DNA of 63,633 bases, counting the filler, from a bacterium (GTDB lineage: Bacteria; JALSQH01): assembly GCA_026985515.1 (NCBI GenBank). It is 10 parts of 10 records of this genome, joined end to end, with 100 filler letters (N's around TTAATTAATTAA, not from the genome) between each part and the next. Parts side by side here need not be neighbours in the genome. Positions count along the whole stretch, not along the records: positions 59,571 to 63,633 come from JALSQH010000083.1; 9 more parts are not named here. One strand, written 5' to 3'. Shown piece by piece: positions 59,471-63,633 of this stretch (position 1 is its first letter; every line of letters starts with the position of its first letter). The notes beneath the pieces are model-generated. The model saw nothing but the letters and a program-made list of their open reading frames with translations, did not search any database and was not told the DNA's origin. A program made the translations under genes and the position numbers.

Positions 59471-59570
59471 NNNNNNNNNNNNNNNNNNNNNNNNNNNNNN
59501 NNNNNNNNNNNNNNTTAATTAATTAANNNNNNNNNNNNNNNNNNNNNNNNNNNNNNNNNNNNNNNNNNNN
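59471..59570. other. Artificial contig spacer
   Basis: Same 100-nt spacer. Confidence 0.99.
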
Positions 59571-60940
59571 TATAGGGACCTTTCAATACTCTTGGATGTT
59601 TATCCTTTTATGGCTTCAGGTATAGTTATTTACCATCTCGTGGTTGCCGGAATAATAGTGTGGTTGCTTTTAAGATGGCTCAGATGTAAGGAAATATCTA
59701 CGAGGAGAAAGATAATATCTCTGATAGCCAGAGTTGCTGGTGTGGTCCTGCTTGTGCTCTTTCTGAGTTGTGATGCGAGTTATTCTTTTATGAAAAAAGG
59801 GTTGAAAATTGTTAACTGGTCAGATGAAATGAATGTGAGAAGAAACGGCAGATTACAATGCTTGTTTATTATACGAAAAGAAGAGAAGTGCTGAGGGAAA
59901 GATTGAGAAATTATCTTAGCAGGACAGGGGAAAATATATCACCTAAAAAAATCCTGTGGAAGGGTAGACCGGTTAACAAAAGGGATATCTATATAGTTGT
60001 TATGGAAAGTTTTATTAATCCTCTTTTGCTTAATGTGAAGTATGAGGGAGATCCTCTCTTCCCGGGTATCAGAAAATATCTGATAGATGGAAGCAGATTT
60101 TCTCATGTGATTTCTCCTGTTTATGGTGGAGGCACAGCGCAGGCTGAATTTGAAATTCTGACAGGTGTGCCTGCCTTTGGAATGATTGACAGTATCGAAT
60201 TTAATGCTCTGGAAGGTTACAGGATTGAGTCATTTATAAATGAATTGAGAAAATATGGATATTATGCTTATGCTACAATCGGGACAAAATCGTGGTATTA
60301 CAATTCGCAAAAGGCATACAGAAGTGTAGGGTTTGATGAGGTAAGTTTTCTTGACAGAAACAGTTATTTCAGAAAAAGAAAAGGGGATCATTTTATCTTT
60401 GATGGTGATTTATTTAAAGCCAACATCAGGCTGGTGAGGGAGAAGCTTCTTAAAAAGAAGCCCTTTGTTGATTATATCCTGACAATGTATGGTCACTTAC
60501 CATATTATAGAAATACTGAATTAAGGCCCGATGTAGTAAAAGCCATAGATGCTCCAGACTCCATAAATCGAATTGCCAACCAGTTTTACTACAGGACGAA
60601 AAGCCTTGAGTGGTTTATAAATTCAATAATTAAATTTGATCCTGCCAGTATCATACTTGTAGTTGCTGATCATATTCCTCCGGTACTTGAGAATGGAATT
60701 AAATACAATCTGAAGAATTGGAATATAAACATAGCCCTTTTCGTTATTGATGGGAAGCCTGTTGATATATCGGGGAAGCATTATTATGAAATTCCATGGT
60801 GCTTATGGGATATTCTGAGGGAGAAGCATAACAGTTTGTGCAGGAGAAGAGTTTCAGAGAGAAATTTAAGAAACCTTTATATCTTGCTTATGGGAGAAGG
60901 AATGGGGTATTTGAAGTTAAAGAGAAATTTGGTTTATTGA
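59571..60940 (+). pseudogene. LTA-synthase/sulfatase family protein with an apparent frameshift near 59850; 5' truncated
   Basis: TM part (to 59894) and catalytic part (59858..60940: VVMESF, GGGTAQAEFE.LTG, GHLPY, ADHIP) are in different overlapping frames. Confidence 0.7.
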
Positions 60941-60989
60941 GGAATTTGTGGTATTGTTATAAACAGAATCACAGTAATAGGAGGTGAAA

Positions 60990-61802
60990 ATGAGGGGTAT
61001 CATACCTGCAATTTTGATGTTTCTCTCGACCAGCCTTTCCGCATTCAATCCATCTTACTATGATCTGAACAGACCTGTCGGAAGTAAAATCTCTGTGAAT
61101 TTTGAGCAGATGGAGAATGTGGGGTATGTATCTGGAATTGTTAAGAAGCTCAATGAAGCAATTGCAAAAGATCCTGATAATGTGGGACTTTATGTGATGA
61201 GGAATGAGTATCTCTACCTTTTATGGGATATTGCCCCGGTAGATAAGAAGATTTATTACGCTAAACTTGGACTCAGGGCAGCGGAGGAAACAATCAAAAA
61301 ATTCCCGGATCATCCTGATGGGTGGATAAATAAGGCTATCTTCCTGGGGGTATATGGTCTCAGTAAAGGAGTTCTGAATGCATTGAGTGTTGCCAAGGAG
61401 ATGAGAATCTGTGCGTTGAAGGCTTATAAAATGAATAAAACTTACTATTATGCTCAGCCTCCGCAGATTCTGGGAAGGTTGTATTTCAAACTACCTTCTT
61501 TCCCTGTTAGCTTTGGTGATTTGGAAAAAGCTCGAAGATATTTATATGAGGCGTATAGAATAGATCCAACTTATCCGTATACTTATATGTATATTGCAGA
61601 ACTGGAAGCAGCAACGGGGAACATAGATAAAGCAAAAAAGTTTATACTTGATATTTCAAACATAAAACCGAGAACTTACTTTGAGGTTCTGATAAAAAAG
61701 TGGACATTGCGAACGCAAAAAAAGGCTCTCCATATGCTGGGAGAAAAGCTTGATAGATATAACTACGATTTTCTTCTTGATCCCTTAAGACATCAGAAGT
61801 AG
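60990..61802 (+). CDS. Exported TPR-like helical protein
   Basis: Signal peptide; LGRLYFKLP..P.SFGDLEKARRYL. Confidence 0.7.
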   Translation: MRGIIPAILMFLSTSLSAFNPSYYDLNRPVGSKISVNFEQMENVGYVSGIVKKLNEAIAKDPDNVGLYVMRNEYLYLLWDIAPVDKKIYYAKLGLRAAEETIKKFPDHPDGWINKAIFLGVYGLSKGVLNALSVAKEMRICALKAYKMNKTYYYAQPPQILGRLYFKLPSFPVSFGDLEKARRYLYEAYRIDPTYPYTYMYIAELEAATGNIDKAKKFILDISNIKPRTYFEVLIKKWTLRTQKKALHMLGEKLDRYNYDFLLDPLRHQK

Positions 61803-61836
61803 TTGCGATTTTAGAGGGGTATGGTAGAATTTAAGT

Positions 61837-62034
61837 ATGAAGTTATCAGGGGATCCCAGAGGGATTGATGTTTTGAGGAAATTCAAAGATGAAAAGCCTG
61901 AATATCTTAAGTTTCTTTTGAAAAGTGCCCAGACCAACTTTGACAGGAGAGCCCGTTTTAAGGATGAAGAAGGTAACGAGTTTGTTCTTGAGTATGATCC
62001 GCTGAAAAAGGAATTTAATGTTTTCAGAGACTGA
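61837..62034 (+). CDS. Small hypothetical protein
   Basis: Operon-like placement overlapping the next gene; coding-like composition. Confidence 0.55.
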   Translation: MKLSGDPRGIDVLRKFKDEKPEYLKFLLKSAQTNFDRRARFKDEEGNEFVLEYDPLKKEFNVFRD

Positions 62035-62746
62035 TATGTTCGATCTTTCACCGGAAATTGTAAGTGCAAGAAAGGAATTACTCACAAGGAAGAAGCAAAC
62101 TGTTCCCGTCGGTTCTCTTCTCAAATGGATGGATCCCAGAATTATTCCTCAGAAAATATCTGATTTTCTTCCCGGTGAGAGCAACTTCATACTTGACTTA
62201 CCTGTTTTTGAGGACAGGGAACCATACGATGTTGCGAAGAAATATGTGGAAATGGGTTTCAGAGTCTTCAGTGTTTCAACGAATCCTTTCTGGAATAATG
62301 GTTATGATGATTACCTCTCTTTTTTGAAAAGGAGCAAACATACTTTTCCCTATCCAGTGATAAGAAGGGATCTTTTCTTTGAGAGTTATCAGATAGTTGA
62401 AACACGGCTTTTCTGGGGTGATTCATTTACTATTTTCCCTGGAGTCGTTGATGGTGAGAGGTTGAAGATCCTCATAGAGGATGCTTTCAATCTCGAGTTT
62501 GAACCTGTGGTGGTGTTGAATGATGAATCTGATCTGAAAAGATTAAAAAAGTCTGGTTTTCATGTACCGTTTATTGCCACAAATTTTAAGTTATTCATGA
62601 AAATGAAGAAAAAAATAATGAAACTGGGGTCAGAAATTATAGTAATAGCCGGGAGCATTGAAGAAGTTGAATTATCCAGGGAATCAGGTGCAAAGCTCTT
62701 CTGGGTAAACTGGGAACTTGTGGATAGAAATCCCGGTTTTTTCTGA
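62018..62746 (+). CDS. Degenerate indole-3-glycerol-phosphate-synthase-like protein
   Basis: DVAKKYVEMG...SVST, PVIRRDL..ESYQIVETR align to TrpC, but catalytic residues are missing. Confidence 0.7.
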   Translation: MFSETDMFDLSPEIVSARKELLTRKKQTVPVGSLLKWMDPRIIPQKISDFLPGESNFILDLPVFEDREPYDVAKKYVEMGFRVFSVSTNPFWNNGYDDYLSFLKRSKHTFPYPVIRRDLFFESYQIVETRLFWGDSFTIFPGVVDGERLKILIEDAFNLEFEPVVVLNDESDLKRLKKSGFHVPFIATNFKLFMKMKKKIMKLGSEIIVIAGSIEEVELSRESGAKLFWVNWELVDRNPGFF

Positions 62747-62766
62747 TTTCCAGGGAGGGTAGAAAG

Positions 62767-63633
62767 ATGTCCTGTTCACTTTTTAAAGAGGAACATGAGA
62801 TCTTCAGGAAACAGGTGAGGAAGTTCGTTGACAGGGAGATAAGGCCTTATGTTGAAAAGTGGGAAGAGGAGAGGTATTTCCCTGATGACCTTTTCCGGAA
62901 GGCTGGGGAAGCCGGCATACTGGGGATTCTTATTCCAGAAGAGTATGGTGGAAGTGGTGGAGATGTTCTTTACTCTGCCGTTATAATAGAAGAACTGACA
63001 AGATCTGGTGCGGGTGGAGTTCAGGCTGGTCTTGGAATGTCTGCCCTCGTTTTTGCAAATGCCATTCTGAATTATGGATCTGAGGAACAGAAGAAAAAGA
63101 TTCTTCCGGAGATAGCAAAGGGTACAAAAATCGGTGCGGTAGCCGTCACTGAACCATATGCGGGGTCAGATGTTTTCAGGATAAGAACGAAGGCAGAGAA
63201 GGTTGATGGTGGGTACCTGCTCAACGGAAGCAAAATATTTATCACCAATGGAGCAAGGGCTGATTATATCATTGTACTGGCTAAAACAGATGAAAGCGCT
63301 GGTTATGGAGGATTTACAACATTTTTAGTTGAAAAAGGGATGAAAGGTTTTTCTGTGGCAAGGAAAATAGAAAAAGTTGGATGGTGGTCATCAGATACTG
63401 CGGAACTTGTTTTTGAGGATCTGTTTGTTCCCGTTGAGAATGTCCTGGGGAAAGAGGGGGAAGGATTCTACAATATTATGATGGGCTTTGATTTTGAGAG
63501 GCTTGTAATGGCTATGGGTGCCGTTGCAGGTGCCGAATATGCCCTTGAAGCTGGAATGAAATATGCGAAGGAGAGGGAAGCTTTTGGAAAACCAATTTCA
63601 AAGTTTCAGGTGTGGAGACATCGTTTTGCACAC
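62767..63633 (+). CDS. Acyl-CoA dehydrogenase; 3' end runs off the window
   Basis: Absent from the ORF track. EEHEIFRKQVRKF, IPEEYGGSG, AVTEPYAGSDV, LNGSKIFITNG, SDTAELVFED, EREAFGKPISKFQ. Confidence 0.95.
   Translation, partial: MSCSLFKEEHEIFRKQVRKFVDREIRPYVEKWEEERYFPDDLFRKAGEAGILGILIPEEYGGSGGDVLYSAVIIEELTRSGAGGVQAGLGMSALVFANAILNYGSEEQKKKILPEIAKGTKIGAVAVTEPYAGSDVFRIRTKAEKVDGGYLLNGSKIFITNGARADYIIVLAKTDESAGYGGFTTFLVEKGMKGFSVARKIEKVGWWSSDTAELVFEDLFVPVENVLGKEGEGFYNIMMGFDFERLVMAMGAVAGAEYALEAGMKYAKEREAFGKPISKFQVWRHRFAH

Noticed and set aside
4229..59570. Recurring TTAATTAATTAA as a biological repeat or CRISPR-like array
   Set aside because: Always centred in identical N-runs; a synthetic linker

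Overview
This window is not one locus. It is ten contigs of a draft or metagenome-assembled bacterial genome, joined by nine identical 100-nt spacers (N-run + TTAATTAATTAA + N-run), so gene neighbourhoods mean something only within a contig. Gene content suggests a low-GC, probably anaerobic and possibly thermophilic 'deltaproteobacterial' diderm (inference): REC-PilZ, myxobacterial-style lipoproteins, a TonB-C-fused receptor, metV-metF and pal-cpoB. Housekeeping genes include tilS, pal-cpoB-tsaD-rsmA, ffs-dnaX-ybaB-recR, pstA-pstB-phoU, purM-purN, dinG, metF, pyk (split over two contigs), hrcA and a tRNA nucleotidyltransferase. The ORF track misses a >830-codon Tat-lipoprotein GH38 glycosidase, the SRP RNA, a perfect parS site and an acyl-CoA dehydrogenase. 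The best-supported unusual signals are: an A9 slippage site in dnaX with near-immediate stops in both shifted frames; a loop-deleted, probably CC-only nucleotidyltransferase; and TrpC-like and M24-like proteins lacking catalytic residues. The most plausible candidates for undescribed systems, all inferential, are a REC-PilZ/START/MCE/lipase-lipoprotein operon, a TPR-barrel/FecR/lipoprotein cluster, and an AT-rich orphan contig. No CRISPR array, tRNA, rRNA or prophage was seen. All family calls come from motif recognition by eye, not database searches.
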